From Sinorhizobium meliloti (GTDB lineage: Bacteria > Pseudomonadota > Alphaproteobacteria > Rhizobiales > Rhizobiaceae): DNA of 32,000 nucleotides. The position numbers were made by a program, and so were the translations under genes. Below, piece by piece: positions 23,819 through 32,000 of the stretch; position 1 is the stretch's first letter; each line of letters starts with the position of its first letter. The notes beneath the pieces are model-generated. The model saw only the letters and a list, made by a program, of their open reading frames with translations. It searched no databases and was not told where the DNA came from. The DNA is taken from assembly GCF_017876815.1 (NCBI RefSeq), contig NZ_JAGIOS010000003.1:1080001-1112000 (forward strand). Reading direction: 5' to 3'.

Positions 23819-24493
23819 CTATCTGAGGCGGCCGCTGCGCCGCTCACGGTTCGAGAGGTTTGCTACAAGGTCACCGAAGCGGTCTCCTTGGACCGCCACA
23901 TGGCTGCGCAAACCCTCCCGCGCGCCATCCGTATTGCCGGAAAGAATGGCTTCGACGATCTCTCCATGTTCCCTGAACGAGACCTTCATGCGGTTACGAA
24001 CTCTGAGCTGCAGGCGACGATAGGGGCGAAGGCGGCGATGCAAGGTCGTGCATTGCTCCTCGAGAAAGCCGCTATGGCTCGCCGTGTATATCGCACGATG
24101 GAATATCTCGTTTTCATAATAGTAGCGATCGGTCTCCTCGCTGAGGACCGCCTCCCGGCATTTCTCATGGGCAGCCAACAGAGCCGCACTGTCTTCCTCG
24201 GTATGCCGGCGAGCGGCAAGAGCACCCGCCATGCCTTCCAGTTCAGCCATCACCTCGAACATTTCGTAGACGCGCTGAGGTGCCGGGTCCACGACGACTG
24301 CGCCGCGCCGCGGTCTGATCTCGACAAGCCCGATCGCGCTCAATTGCATCAAGGCTTCGCGGATCGGGGTGCGGGATACGCCGAAGCGCATGGCGAGTTG
24401 CGTCTCGTCCAGGCGTTCACCCGGCTCGAACTCGCCCGTTACGATGCCGTTCTCGATATCGTCCCGCAGCTTGTAGAAAATGTTTTCGCTCAT
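23819..24493 (-). CDS. GntR-family (FadR/FCD subfamily) transcriptional regulator, divergent from the malonate operon
   Basis: 224 aa. The HTH is GERLDETQLAMRFGVSRTPIREALMQLSAIGLVEIRPRRG, followed by an FCD-type helical C-domain. Its position matches the GntR regulators of rhizobial mat clusters (MatR/GtrA), which I recall from the literature. Confidence 0.9.
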   Translation of the reverse strand: MSENIFYKLRDDIENGIVTGEFEPGERLDETQLAMRFGVSRTPIREALMQLSAIGLVEIRPRRGAVVVDPAPQRVYEMFEVMAELEGMAGALAARRHTEEDSAALLAAHEKCREAVLSEETDRYYYENEIFHRAIYTASHSGFLEEQCTTLHRRLRPYRRLQLRVRNRMKVSFREHGEIVEAILSGNTDGAREGLRSHVAVQGDRFGDLVANLSNRERRSGRLR

Positions 24494-24533
24494 TCCTTAT
24501 CCGACCAGTCCCGGTATGCAGCAACCATTTCTC

Positions 24534-24543
24534 TTGTATACAA
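24534..24543. promoter_or_regulatory. Perfect palindrome TTGTATACAA in the GntR/mat divergent intergenic region (candidate GntR operator)
   Basis: It fits the generic GntR/FadR half-site pattern (..GT-N-AC..). It lies 41 nt from the regulator start and 79 nt from the transporter start. CTTGAC follows at 24547..24552. Confidence 0.4.
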
Positions 24544-24621
24544 AAATCTTGACACGGTACGCAAGATGGCTCCACTCTTATTACCAAGCCGGCGGGAGGC
24601 TGGCATGTCAGGGAGGAAGAA

Positions 24622-25626
24622 ATGAGCAGTTTTCGACGGAAGTTGACGACTTCCGCTGTCGCGGCCATCTGCAGCTTGGTTGCTTCCACAGCGGGCGCCC
24701 AGACGGTGTTGAAGGCGTCGCACCAATTCCCGGGGGGCAAGGGCGACATTCGCGACGAGATGGTGCAACTGATCGCCCGCGAGGTCGCCGCCGCCAATGT
24801 CGGCCTCGAAATCCAGGTGTTCCCGGGGTCGTCTCTTTACAAGCCGAACGATCAGTGGAATGCGGTTACACGTGGCCTGCTCGATATGACTTCGTTCCCC
24901 TTGGACTATGCTTCCGGCCGCCACCCGGAATTCTCCGCGACGCTGATGCCCGGCCTCGTGGGAAACTTCGACCGCGCCATGCGGCTTAACGACTCCGAGT
25001 TCATGGGGGACATAAAGAAGGTCATCGAGAATGCCGGCGCCTTGGTGATCGCCGATGCGTGGCTCTCCGGTGCCTTCGGCTCCAAGAAGAATTGCATCAC
25101 CTCCCCCGACACGATCAAGGGACAGGTGATCCGCGCCGCCGGGCCGGCCTTCGAGGAGATGCTCGTGGAAGCCGGCGCTTCGATCTCATCCATGCCTTCG
25201 TCGGAAATCTACACCGGCATGCAGACGGGCGTCCTGGATGCGGCGAACACCTCGTCGGCGAGTTTCGTCTCCTATCGCCTGTTCGAACAGGCCAAGTGCC
25301 TCACGGCGCCGGGAGAAAATGCCCTCTGGTTCATGTACGAACCGGTGCTGGTATCGAAGCGCGTCTTCGATGGCCTGACGGAAGAGCAGCAAAAGGCAAT
25401 CCTCGCTGCCGGCGAGAAAGCGGAAGTCTATTTCAACGAAGAGGTCCGCAAGGGCGATCAGGTCATGATCGACACCTACAAGAAGGCAGGCGTCGAAGTC
25501 GTCGAGATGTCGAAGGAGGATTACGATGCCTGGCTCGAGCTCGCCAAGGCGTCGTCCTACAAGAACTTCGCCGCCAACGTTCCCGGCGGCGACAAGCTGA
25601 TCGAAAAGGCGCTCGCCGTGAAGTAA
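24622..25626 (+). CDS. matP: TRAP transporter substrate-binding protein (DctP family), probable malonate-binding component
   Basis: 334 aa. The signal peptide ends at ...STAGAQT. It is DctP-like (LKASHQFPGG..., SSMPSSEIYTGMQTGVLDA). GGGAGGAAG precedes the ATG. The symbol is assigned from context with matA/matB and my recollection of the S. meliloti matPQMAB description. Confidence 0.85.
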   Translation: MSSFRRKLTTSAVAAICSLVASTAGAQTVLKASHQFPGGKGDIRDEMVQLIAREVAAANVGLEIQVFPGSSLYKPNDQWNAVTRGLLDMTSFPLDYASGRHPEFSATLMPGLVGNFDRAMRLNDSEFMGDIKKVIENAGALVIADAWLSGAFGSKKNCITSPDTIKGQVIRAAGPAFEEMLVEAGASISSMPSSEIYTGMQTGVLDAANTSSASFVSYRLFEQAKCLTAPGENALWFMYEPVLVSKRVFDGLTEEQQKAILAAGEKAEVYFNEEVRKGDQVMIDTYKKAGVEVVEMSKEDYDAWLELAKASSYKNFAANVPGGDKLIEKALAVK

Positions 25627-25642
25627 GGCGGACCGGCAGAAC

Positions 25643-25660
25643 GGCGCGCTCCGGCGCGCC
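25643..25660 (+). promoter_or_regulatory. GC-rich intercistronic stem-loop after the TRAP binding-protein gene
   Basis: GGCGCGC-TCCG-GCGCGCC, 7 perfect G/C-rich pairs. It starts 17 nt after the stop and is followed by ATTCCCTTCC. Confidence 0.4.
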
Positions 25661-25692
25661 ATTCCCTTCCAGCGCAACTCGGGGATGATCTG

Positions 25693-26262
25693 ATGCTCAA
25701 GGCCTATTCACGGGCTGTCGGCAATGCTTCGCGTGGCCTCGCGGCCGTTGCGACGGCCCTGCTCATTGCGGCGATGCTCGTCGTCTGCCAGATGATCATG
25801 CAGCGCTATGTATTTCGTCAGGCGACGATCTGGCAGACGGACTTCGTCGTGTTTTCCGCAACCGCAGCCATGTTTCTCGGCGCGCCCTACGTCTTGCTCA
25901 AGGGCGGCCATGTGGGCATCGACGTCGTCGAAATGGTGGTGGGCGAACGTACGCGATACGTTCTGCGCATCATTGCGGGCCTGCTCGGGCTCCTGTTCTG
26001 CGCCGTCATGCTGATTGCCACATGGATTCAGTTCCATGACGCGTGGGCGGGAAACTGGAAACACTCCAGCGTCTGGGCGCCGCCGCTTTGGGTGCCGCTC
26101 GCTGCCCTGCCCGTCAGCTTTGCCATGCTGTGCCTGCAATATGTCGCGCAGATTCTGACGCTCCTCACCGCCCCGGCAGTCCCGGCAGCCATGGGCCATG
26201 GCGCGGCCGAACCGGGTTCGGCCCCTGGCGCCGACCGTCATCCACAGGAGATCATTCAGTGA
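25693..26262 (+). CDS. matQ: TRAP transporter small permease (DctQ family)
   Basis: 189 aa with four hydrophobic helices. It sits between the DctP and DctM genes. Confidence 0.85.
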   Translation: MLKAYSRAVGNASRGLAAVATALLIAAMLVVCQMIMQRYVFRQATIWQTDFVVFSATAAMFLGAPYVLLKGGHVGIDVVEMVVGERTRYVLRIIAGLLGLLFCAVMLIATWIQFHDAWAGNWKHSSVWAPPLWVPLAALPVSFAMLCLQYVAQILTLLTAPAVPAAMGHGAAEPGSAPGADRHPQEIIQ

Positions 26263-27575
26263 GCCCGACTGTCTCTGGACTGATGATCGTTGCGTGTCTT
26301 TTCGTGCTGCTGGCAACGGGAATGCCCATCGCCTTCGCCTTAGGTCTCGCCGCCTTCGCAGCGCTCTACATGCAAAGCGGCGCCGGCATTTTCTACGTGC
26401 TCGGCGACACGATGTTTTCCGGTATCGCCAATCTGGCCTATGTGTCGATCCCGATGTTCGTCCTCATGGGCGCGGCGGTCGCCTCTTCGCCGGCCGGATC
26501 TGATCTCTACACCTCGCTCGACCGGTGGCTGAACCGCATCCCGGGGGGGCTCATTCTGTCCAATATCGGAGCTTGCGCCATCTTTTCCGGCATGACTGGC
26601 TCTTCGCCCGCGACCTGCGCGGCGATCGGCAAAATGGGCATTCCGGAAATGATGCGGCGCGGCTATCCCGCTTCGGTCGCGAGCGGCTCCATCGCCGCCG
26701 GCGGCACGCTGGGCATTCTCATTCCCCCTTCGGTGACGCTGATCGTCTACGGAATAGCGACCGAGACCTCCATCGGGCGGTTGTTCATGGCGGGGATCCT
26801 GCCGGGTATTTTGCTGACGATCATGTTCATGACCTGGGCGGTCATCGATTGCAAACGCAAGGGCTACGAATTCGAGGCACGCCTCGTTCGCTACTCGATG
26901 AAGGAACGGCTGGCCGTCCTTCCGCGCATCCTGCCGTTCCTGCTGATCATCGCCGGCACGCTCTACGTACTCTATGGCGGTATCGCCACGCCTTCTGAAG
27001 CAGCCGGTGCGGGCGCGTTCCTGACATTGGCAGTCGTGATCGTCGCCTATCGCTTGTTCCGCTTTCGGCCCGTCGCCGGCATCTTCGGGTCGGCAATGAA
27101 GGAAAGCGTCATGATCATGATGATCATGGCTGCTGCCGAGCTCTTCGCCTTCGCGCTGTCGTCGCTGTTCATCACACAGACCGTCGCCGCAGCGATCGCG
27201 GACATGGAGGTCAACCGTTGGGTGCTGATGGCGGTCATCAACGTCTTTCTGTTGATCTGCGGCATGTTCCTGCCCCCCGTCGCCGTCATCGTGATGACCT
27301 CGCCGATGCTCTTCCCGATCGTCACCCAGGCGGGTTTCGACCCCTACTGGTTCGCGATCGTGCTGACGATCAACATGGAGGTCGGCCTGATCACGCCTCC
27401 GATCGGCCTCAACCTTTTTGTGATCAATGCCATCGCGCCGCAGATTCCGACGAAGGACATTCTCTGGGGCTCACTGCCTTACGTGCTCGTCATGTTCCTG
27501 ACGATCATTCTCCTCTGCGTCTTTCCAGACGTTGCGACGTGGCTGCCGAACCAGATGCTGGGGACCGTCCAATGA
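26259..27575 (+). CDS. matM: TRAP transporter large permease (DctM family)
   Basis: Track ORF 26043..27575, trimmed to the GTG at 26259 (GTGA overlap with the dctQ stop, AGGAG 8 nt upstream). An ATG at 26283 is an alternative start. The 438-aa product is polytopic (VSPTVSGLMIVACLFVLLATGMPIAFALGLAAF...). Confidence 0.88.
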   Translation: MSPTVSGLMIVACLFVLLATGMPIAFALGLAAFAALYMQSGAGIFYVLGDTMFSGIANLAYVSIPMFVLMGAAVASSPAGSDLYTSLDRWLNRIPGGLILSNIGACAIFSGMTGSSPATCAAIGKMGIPEMMRRGYPASVASGSIAAGGTLGILIPPSVTLIVYGIATETSIGRLFMAGILPGILLTIMFMTWAVIDCKRKGYEFEARLVRYSMKERLAVLPRILPFLLIIAGTLYVLYGGIATPSEAAGAGAFLTLAVVIVAYRLFRFRPVAGIFGSAMKESVMIMMIMAAAELFAFALSSLFITQTVAAAIADMEVNRWVLMAVINVFLLICGMFLPPVAVIVMTSPMLFPIVTQAGFDPYWFAIVLTINMEVGLITPPIGLNLFVINAIAPQIPTKDILWGSLPYVLVMFLTIILLCVFPDVATWLPNQMLGTVQ

Positions 27576-29011
27576 ACACGACGTCATTTTTCAGCGACAT
27601 GCTGCAGAGCATTGCCGAGCGCGGCCGGCGATTCCTGTCGCTCGGTCCGGCCCGAAACGGCGATGTCAATCCGGTCGGCACCATGGAAGCGCTCTGCGAC
27701 ACGCTGCTGTCGAGCCGGGGCGAGGCGTCGGGCATGGCGCTGGCCAAGAACATTCTGGATCGCTGGCAAGGCTTCGATCAGGACAAGCGGCGCGATTTCA
27801 TGTTGGCGCTGCTCTCTCGTTTCGGCCCTGATATCGAACGGCTGGAGCGGGCGATCGACGCCTATCGCGCCGATCCGACGCCGAAGGCGCTGCTCGAGAT
27901 GAGCATGGCGGCAGAACCGCGCCGCCAGGAATTGATCCGCAGGCTCAACCTTGCGCCGAACGGCATCGCGACCCTCGTCCGCATGCGGGCGGACCTCCTC
28001 GAACTTAAAGCCCAAAACCCCGATCTGGAGGCGGTCGATACGGACTTCGCGCATCTCTTCGGATCCTGGTTCAATCGGGGCTTCCTCGTGCTGCGGCTGA
28101 TCAGCTGGTCGACGCCGGCCGACATTCTGGAAAAGATCATTCGCTACGAGGCCGTCCATCATATCGGCGGCTGGGACGAGTTGCGCCGGCGGCTTGCGCC
28201 GGAGGACCGGCGCTGCTTCGCCTTCTTTCATCCGCAGCTGGTCGACGACCCGCTGATCTTCGTTGAAGTGGCGCTGACACGCGAAATGCCTCCCAACATC
28301 GCGGACCTGCTGAAGGAGGATCGTGCTCCGATCCGCGCTACTGACGCGACGACAGCCGTCTTCTATTCCATTTCGAACTGTCAGGAAGGCCTCAGGGGCA
28401 TCTCCTTCGGCAACTTCCTGATCAAACAGGTGGTGGAGGATCTGCGGCGCGACCTCCCTCGCCTCGACACCTTCGTGACGCTGTCGCCGGTGCCGGGCTT
28501 TGCCGATTGGTTGTCGCGCGAACGCCAGACGGAAGCGTCCAACGCCCTGTCGGCCGCCGATCGCAGCAGGCTTGCGGCGCTCGACGAGCCTGATTGGGCC
28601 GATCAGCCGGAGATCGCGGCAGCCATCCAGCCAAGCCTTACGGCTGCGGCCGCCTGGTATTTCCTCAGGGCCCGCAATCTCCACGGCAAGACAGTTGATC
28701 CCGTTGCCCGGTTCCATCTCGGCAATGGCGCGCGGCTGGAACGCATCAATTTCCTAGGCGACCGGTCCGAACGGGCCATGCGCCAGGCCCACGGGCTGAT
28801 GGTCAACTATCTTTACAAGCTCGACGACATCGAGACTAACCACGAGGCATTTGCAACCCGTGGCGAGGTCGTCGCCGCACCTGCGATCCGCCGGCTGATC
28901 CCGGCCGACAGAAGTTCACGTAGCCTCGTTCCGGGTCCGGACGTTTTTCCCCCGGGCGTCCGATCAGCTGACGCACCAGGAAGGAAAGGTGACAAGGAGT
29001 TCACTTCATGA
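27572..29011 (+). CDS. matA: Malonyl-CoA decarboxylase
   Basis: Track ORF 27218..29011, trimmed to the ATG at 27572 (ATGA overlap with the dctM stop). FAHLFGSWFNRGFLVLRLISWSTPADILEKIIRYEAVH...RRCFAFFHP...PLIFVEVAL...TAVFYSISNCQEGLRGISFGNFLIKQVV...TLSPVPGF...VARFHLGNGA are the MCD-family blocks I recognise. Confidence 0.92.
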   Translation: MNTTSFFSDMLQSIAERGRRFLSLGPARNGDVNPVGTMEALCDTLLSSRGEASGMALAKNILDRWQGFDQDKRRDFMLALLSRFGPDIERLERAIDAYRADPTPKALLEMSMAAEPRRQELIRRLNLAPNGIATLVRMRADLLELKAQNPDLEAVDTDFAHLFGSWFNRGFLVLRLISWSTPADILEKIIRYEAVHHIGGWDELRRRLAPEDRRCFAFFHPQLVDDPLIFVEVALTREMPPNIADLLKEDRAPIRATDATTAVFYSISNCQEGLRGISFGNFLIKQVVEDLRRDLPRLDTFVTLSPVPGFADWLSRERQTEASNALSAADRSRLAALDEPDWADQPEIAAAIQPSLTAAAAWYFLRARNLHGKTVDPVARFHLGNGARLERINFLGDRSERAMRQAHGLMVNYLYKLDDIETNHEAFATRGEVVAAPAIRRLIPADRSSRSLVPGPDVFPPGVRSADAPGRKGDKEFTS

Positions 29012-30534
29012 GCAACCATCTGTTCGACGCCATACGCCGGGCAGCGCGCCCCGGCTCCGCCTTCATCCTGACGGCCGATGGGCGCGTCTGGACCTATGGC
29101 GACATGTTGGAGCATTCGGGACGCATCGCTTCCGTGCTCGACGCCCTGGGGGTGCGGCCGGGCGATCGGGTGGCGGTGCAGGTGGAGAAGAGCCCCGAGG
29201 CGCTGATGCTCTATCTCGCCTGTCTTCGCACGGGCGCCGTCTATCTTCCGCTCAACACGGCCTATACGCTTGCCGAGTTGGACTATTTCTTCGGCGATGC
29301 CGAGCCGCGGCTTATCGTCTGCGCCCCAGGCGCGAAGGAGGGGATTGCGAAGCATGCCGCCGATTGCGGCGCCGCGGTCGAAACGCTCGACGAGAAGGGT
29401 GGCGGCTCGCTGATCGACCTTGCCCGGGGCAAGGCGTCGGATTTCCCCGACGCCGATCGCGGTCCGGATGACCTCGCCGCCATCCTCTACACGTCCGGCA
29501 CGACCGGCCGGTCCAAGGGCGCGATGCTGACGCATGACAACCTCCTGTCGAACGCCACCACGCTTCGCGAGTATTGGCGCTTCACGGCCGACGACAGGCT
29601 GATCCAAGCCCTCCCGATCTTCCACACGCATGGCCTCTTCGTTGCATCGAACGTCATTCTTCTGGCCGGCGCCTCGATGTTTTACCTGCCAAAATTCGAC
29701 GCGAACGAAGTCCTGCGTCTGATGCCGCAATCAACCTCAATGATGGGCGTTCCGACCTTCTATGTGCGCCTAGTTCAGAATCCGGGGCTAACGCGCGAGG
29801 CAACCGCCGGGATGCGGCTTTTCGTGTCTGGCTCGGCTCCGCTGCTTGCCGAGACTCACAGGACTTTCGCGCAGATGACCGGACATGCCATTCTAGAGCG
29901 CTACGGCATGACCGAAACCAATATGAACACCTCGAACCCCTATGACGGCGAGCGCATCGCCGGAACCGTCGGCTTCCCCTTGCCGGGGGTTTCGCTTCGC
30001 GTCGCCGATCCGGAGAGCGGCAGGCCGCTCCCGAAAGGCGAAACGGGGATGATCGAGGTGAAGGGCCCGAACGTGTTCAAGGGCTATTGGCGCATGCCCG
30101 AAAAGACGCAGAGCGAGTTCCGCGCCGACGGTTTCTTCATAACCGGCGATCTCGGCAGGATCGACGAGCGCGGCTACGTCCATATCGTCGGGCGAGGAAA
30201 GGATCTCGTGATCTCCGGCGGTTACAACATTTATCCGAAGGAGGTCGAAACCGAGATCGATCAGATGCCGGGCGTCGTGGAAACGGCTGTGATTGGGCTG
30301 CCGCATCCGGATTTCGGCGAAGGCGTCACGGCTGTGGTCGTCCGGAAGCCCGGTGCGGCCATCGACGAACGCGCCATTCTCGATGGTCTGGAAGGTCGCC
30401 TCGCGCGCTACAAGCAACCGAAACGGGTGATCTTCGTGGACGACCTGCCGCGCAATACGATGGGCAAAGTCCAGAAGAACGTACTTCGCGAAACATATGC
30501 CCGTCTGTACGCAGGAGCCGAAGCGCGTGTGTAG
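29008..30534 (+). CDS. matB: Malonyl-CoA synthetase (malonate--CoA ligase), AMP-binding superfamily
   Basis: 508 aa, with an ATGA overlap onto matA and AAGGAG 8 nt upstream. Contains ILYTSGTTGRSKGAMLTHDNL, YGMTET, GDLGRIDERGYVHIVGRGKDLVISGGYNIYPKEVE and the C-terminal PRNTMGKVQK. Confidence 0.93.
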   Translation: MSNHLFDAIRRAARPGSAFILTADGRVWTYGDMLEHSGRIASVLDALGVRPGDRVAVQVEKSPEALMLYLACLRTGAVYLPLNTAYTLAELDYFFGDAEPRLIVCAPGAKEGIAKHAADCGAAVETLDEKGGGSLIDLARGKASDFPDADRGPDDLAAILYTSGTTGRSKGAMLTHDNLLSNATTLREYWRFTADDRLIQALPIFHTHGLFVASNVILLAGASMFYLPKFDANEVLRLMPQSTSMMGVPTFYVRLVQNPGLTREATAGMRLFVSGSAPLLAETHRTFAQMTGHAILERYGMTETNMNTSNPYDGERIAGTVGFPLPGVSLRVADPESGRPLPKGETGMIEVKGPNVFKGYWRMPEKTQSEFRADGFFITGDLGRIDERGYVHIVGRGKDLVISGGYNIYPKEVETEIDQMPGVVETAVIGLPHPDFGEGVTAVVVRKPGAAIDERAILDGLEGRLARYKQPKRVIFVDDLPRNTMGKVQKNVLRETYARLYAGAEARV

Positions 30535-30567
30535 GCGTCGCGCCCGTATGCCGGAGACATCGGCGCT

Positions 30568-31050
30568 TTATGAGATGGCTAGGATTTCGAGCTCCTGATC
30601 GCCGACACTCGCGACGTCCCCGACAGATTTGCCCATGAGAACCCTTGCCACCGGGGACACGTAGGAGATCGACCCGGCCTTTGGATCGGCTTCATCCTCT
30701 CCGACGATCCGGTATTTCTGCACCCGCCCGTCATCACGGCTGAAGGTGACGGTGCTTCCAAAGGCGACTACATCAAAAGAAGCCGGATCGGGGACAAGCT
30801 GAGCCGTTCGAACTCTTTCCGCGAAGTAGCGCAGCTCACGCAAGGGGCCGGCCGACTGCCGCCGCCGCTCGTTCACGTCCTCGATCGTGCTTGTGGCATC
30901 GAAGGCTTCGCGAGCCTGTTGGAGGTGCAATTCCAGAGCCTTCAATCCCGTTTCGGTGACAAGGTTCGGATGGGGTGAGATCGGCCGGTCAGGCAACAGT
31001 GTTTCCGAGGCCGTTTCGGCACTTTCTTCCTTGATGAAGGCAACGCTCAT
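30568..31050 (-). CDS. GreA/GreB-family transcript-cleavage-factor homologue
   Basis: 160 aa. It has an N-terminal coiled-coil region and a C-terminal globular domain, VVAFGSTVTFSRDDGRVQKYRIVGEDEADPKAGSISYVSPVARVLMGKSVGDV, typical of the Gre C-terminal domain. Confidence 0.85.
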   Translation of the reverse strand: MSVAFIKEESAETASETLLPDRPISPHPNLVTETGLKALELHLQQAREAFDATSTIEDVNERRRQSAGPLRELRYFAERVRTAQLVPDPASFDVVAFGSTVTFSRDDGRVQKYRIVGEDEADPKAGSISYVSPVARVLMGKSVGDVASVGDQELEILAIS

Positions 31051-31230
31051 CGGCGAACTCCGTTTAGACGTGGCGCTCTCTTCGTACGGAGCGATCGCAC
31101 GTTATTTTCTCGGAACTATATACGGCGATGATAGGAGCCGACAGTGTCGAGTTTCTGCTCATTCTCCCCCCCGACGGAATAGAAGCCTCTCCGTTCCGTT
31201 ACTCCCGGGCCATTCAACGGGAGAAGCGGG

Positions 31231-31944
31231 ATGTTAAGTTTCCTGAAGAAAGATCCGCAGGTCATTCAGTTTGTCTGCCATCCGGAAGACGATGGCGTCA
31301 TCGCGCCGCCGCTACCGGCCAAATCGGTTCTGCCGGATTGGTTCCGCCGGCTGCCGGCGGTCGACAAAGGGCACCTGTCGGCAACCAACAACGGTCTGAC
31401 CGTCAAACGCTGCATGCCCTTTCTCGATGCTATGACCACCGGCTGGATTCTGCCGATCGCCGCTACGGTGCGCCTTGACGTCAAGGATGACGGCCGCAGC
31501 GTCGATGCAGGCTGGGAGTTCGACCGGGTGATGGTCAGCAACCACGGCGCCCACCAGGTGGCGGGCAATCCGAAAGAGCCCTCCCCGCCCTGCAAGTTTC
31601 ACAATTACTGGTCGATTCGCACGCCGCCGGGATGGAGTTGCCTGTTTCTGCCGCCGCTAAACCGCCCCGGACAGCACTTCGAATGTGTAGCGGGCATTGT
31701 CGATACGGACAGCTATAGCGCTCATATCCATTTTCCGTTCTTCGCGACGGCGCCGGATGGCCTTCACGTCGTCGAAAAGGGAACGCCGCTTGTACAGGTG
31801 ATACCCTTCCGCCGTGCCGATGCGGCGGTCACGGCAGAAATCCGCGCCGAAACCCGCGCGGATGCTACCGAGCGCGAGGCAATCCATCGGAACACCCTCG
31901 CCGGAGAAGGCTGGTATCGCAAGTCGGCGCGCGCCGCGCGCTAG
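31231..31944 (+). CDS. Conserved hypothetical cytoplasmic protein (237 aa), function unknown
   Basis: GGGAGAAG precedes the ATG. There is no signal peptide and no TM segment. The sequence is coding-like throughout (…LPDWFRRLP…TVKRCMPFLDAMTTGWILP…YWSIRTPPGWSCLFLPPLNRP…GIVDTDSY…). I cannot assign a family with confidence. Confidence 0.7.
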   Translation: MLSFLKKDPQVIQFVCHPEDDGVIAPPLPAKSVLPDWFRRLPAVDKGHLSATNNGLTVKRCMPFLDAMTTGWILPIAATVRLDVKDDGRSVDAGWEFDRVMVSNHGAHQVAGNPKEPSPPCKFHNYWSIRTPPGWSCLFLPPLNRPGQHFECVAGIVDTDSYSAHIHFPFFATAPDGLHVVEKGTPLVQVIPFRRADAAVTAEIRAETRADATEREAIHRNTLAGEGWYRKSARAAR

Positions 31945-32000
31945 AGCACTTCCAGGAAGGTACGTGGCGATTTTCCGTCCACAAGTGCATAACTTCAAAG
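31942..32000 (+). repeat. Dispersed intergenic repeat, copy 2 (cut by the window edge), abutting a stop codon
   Basis: TAGAGCACTTCCAGGAAGGTACGTGGCGATTTTCCGTCCACAAGTGCATAACTTCAAAG. It shares 15 of its first 17 nt with copy 1 at 5966, plus the CGATTTTCC core. Confidence 0.5.

Noticed and set aside
27584-29730. Two long minus-strand ORFs (27584..28717, 377 aa; 28813..29730, 305 aa) antisense to matA/matB
   Set aside because: Both are Arg/Gly/Ala-rich shadow frames of strongly supported genes, with no domain signatures.
31166-31172. C7 homopolymer in the gre-like/hypothetical intergenic region, considered as a phase-variation tract
   Set aside because: It is too short for efficient slippage, and similar G/C runs occur inside coding regions here (for example 26536..26542). 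There is no supporting evidence.
1-32000. Scan for tRNA/rRNA, CRISPR arrays, IS elements or transposases, integrases, phage genes, toxin-antitoxin pairs, and defence-type ATPases or nucleases
   Set aside because: I found none by reading both strands and the ORF track. There are no spaced direct-repeat arrays and no T-loop/acceptor patterns. No transposase or recombinase-like ORF is present, and no large uncharacterised ATPase or nuclease genes.

Overview
High-GC alphaproteobacterial DNA. Gene content suggests Rhizobiaceae, probably Sinorhizobium/Ensifer, but that is inference with no search behind it. I support about 30 intact CDS and 3 decayed genes. Left to right: (1) a truncated GAF-domain regulator divergent from a five-gene sugar-ABC-transporter and gluconolactonase operon. 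(2) An ArsR gene followed by one intact SRPBCC gene and a second, frameshifted SRPBCC copy. (3) A membrane-protein and TetR pair with twin upstream dyads. (4) An MFS efflux gene and a YghA-like SDR. (5) A cold-shock gene. (6) A PhzF-family gene divergent from a LysR gene that carries an in-frame amber stop. (7) A multiply frameshifted TPR remnant. (8) A GYD protein and an AT-richer MscS channel gene. (9) PPK2 divergent from an alpha/beta hydrolase. (10) Two tandem SAM methyltransferases. (11) A three-gene outer-membrane unit: a CpaC-type secretin, a translationally coupled 98-aa lipoprotein and a TadD-like TPR lipoprotein, with no other pilus genes in the window. (12) A malonate cluster: a GntR regulator, a TRAP transporter, malonyl-CoA decarboxylase (matA) and malonyl-CoA synthetase (matB). 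(13) A Gre-factor homologue divergent from an uncharacterised 237-aa protein. I found no rRNA, tRNA, CRISPR, IS element, integrase, phage gene or recognisable defence gene. I do not see a convincing new multi-gene system. The best candidates for follow-up are the orphan secretin module, a perfect anti-SD/SD hairpin in front of the SDR gene, several clean operator-like dyads, a 41-nt perfect palindrome, and a dispersed Rhizobiaceae-type repeat that abuts two stop codons. All family calls come from reading the translations, and all coordinates were hand-indexed.
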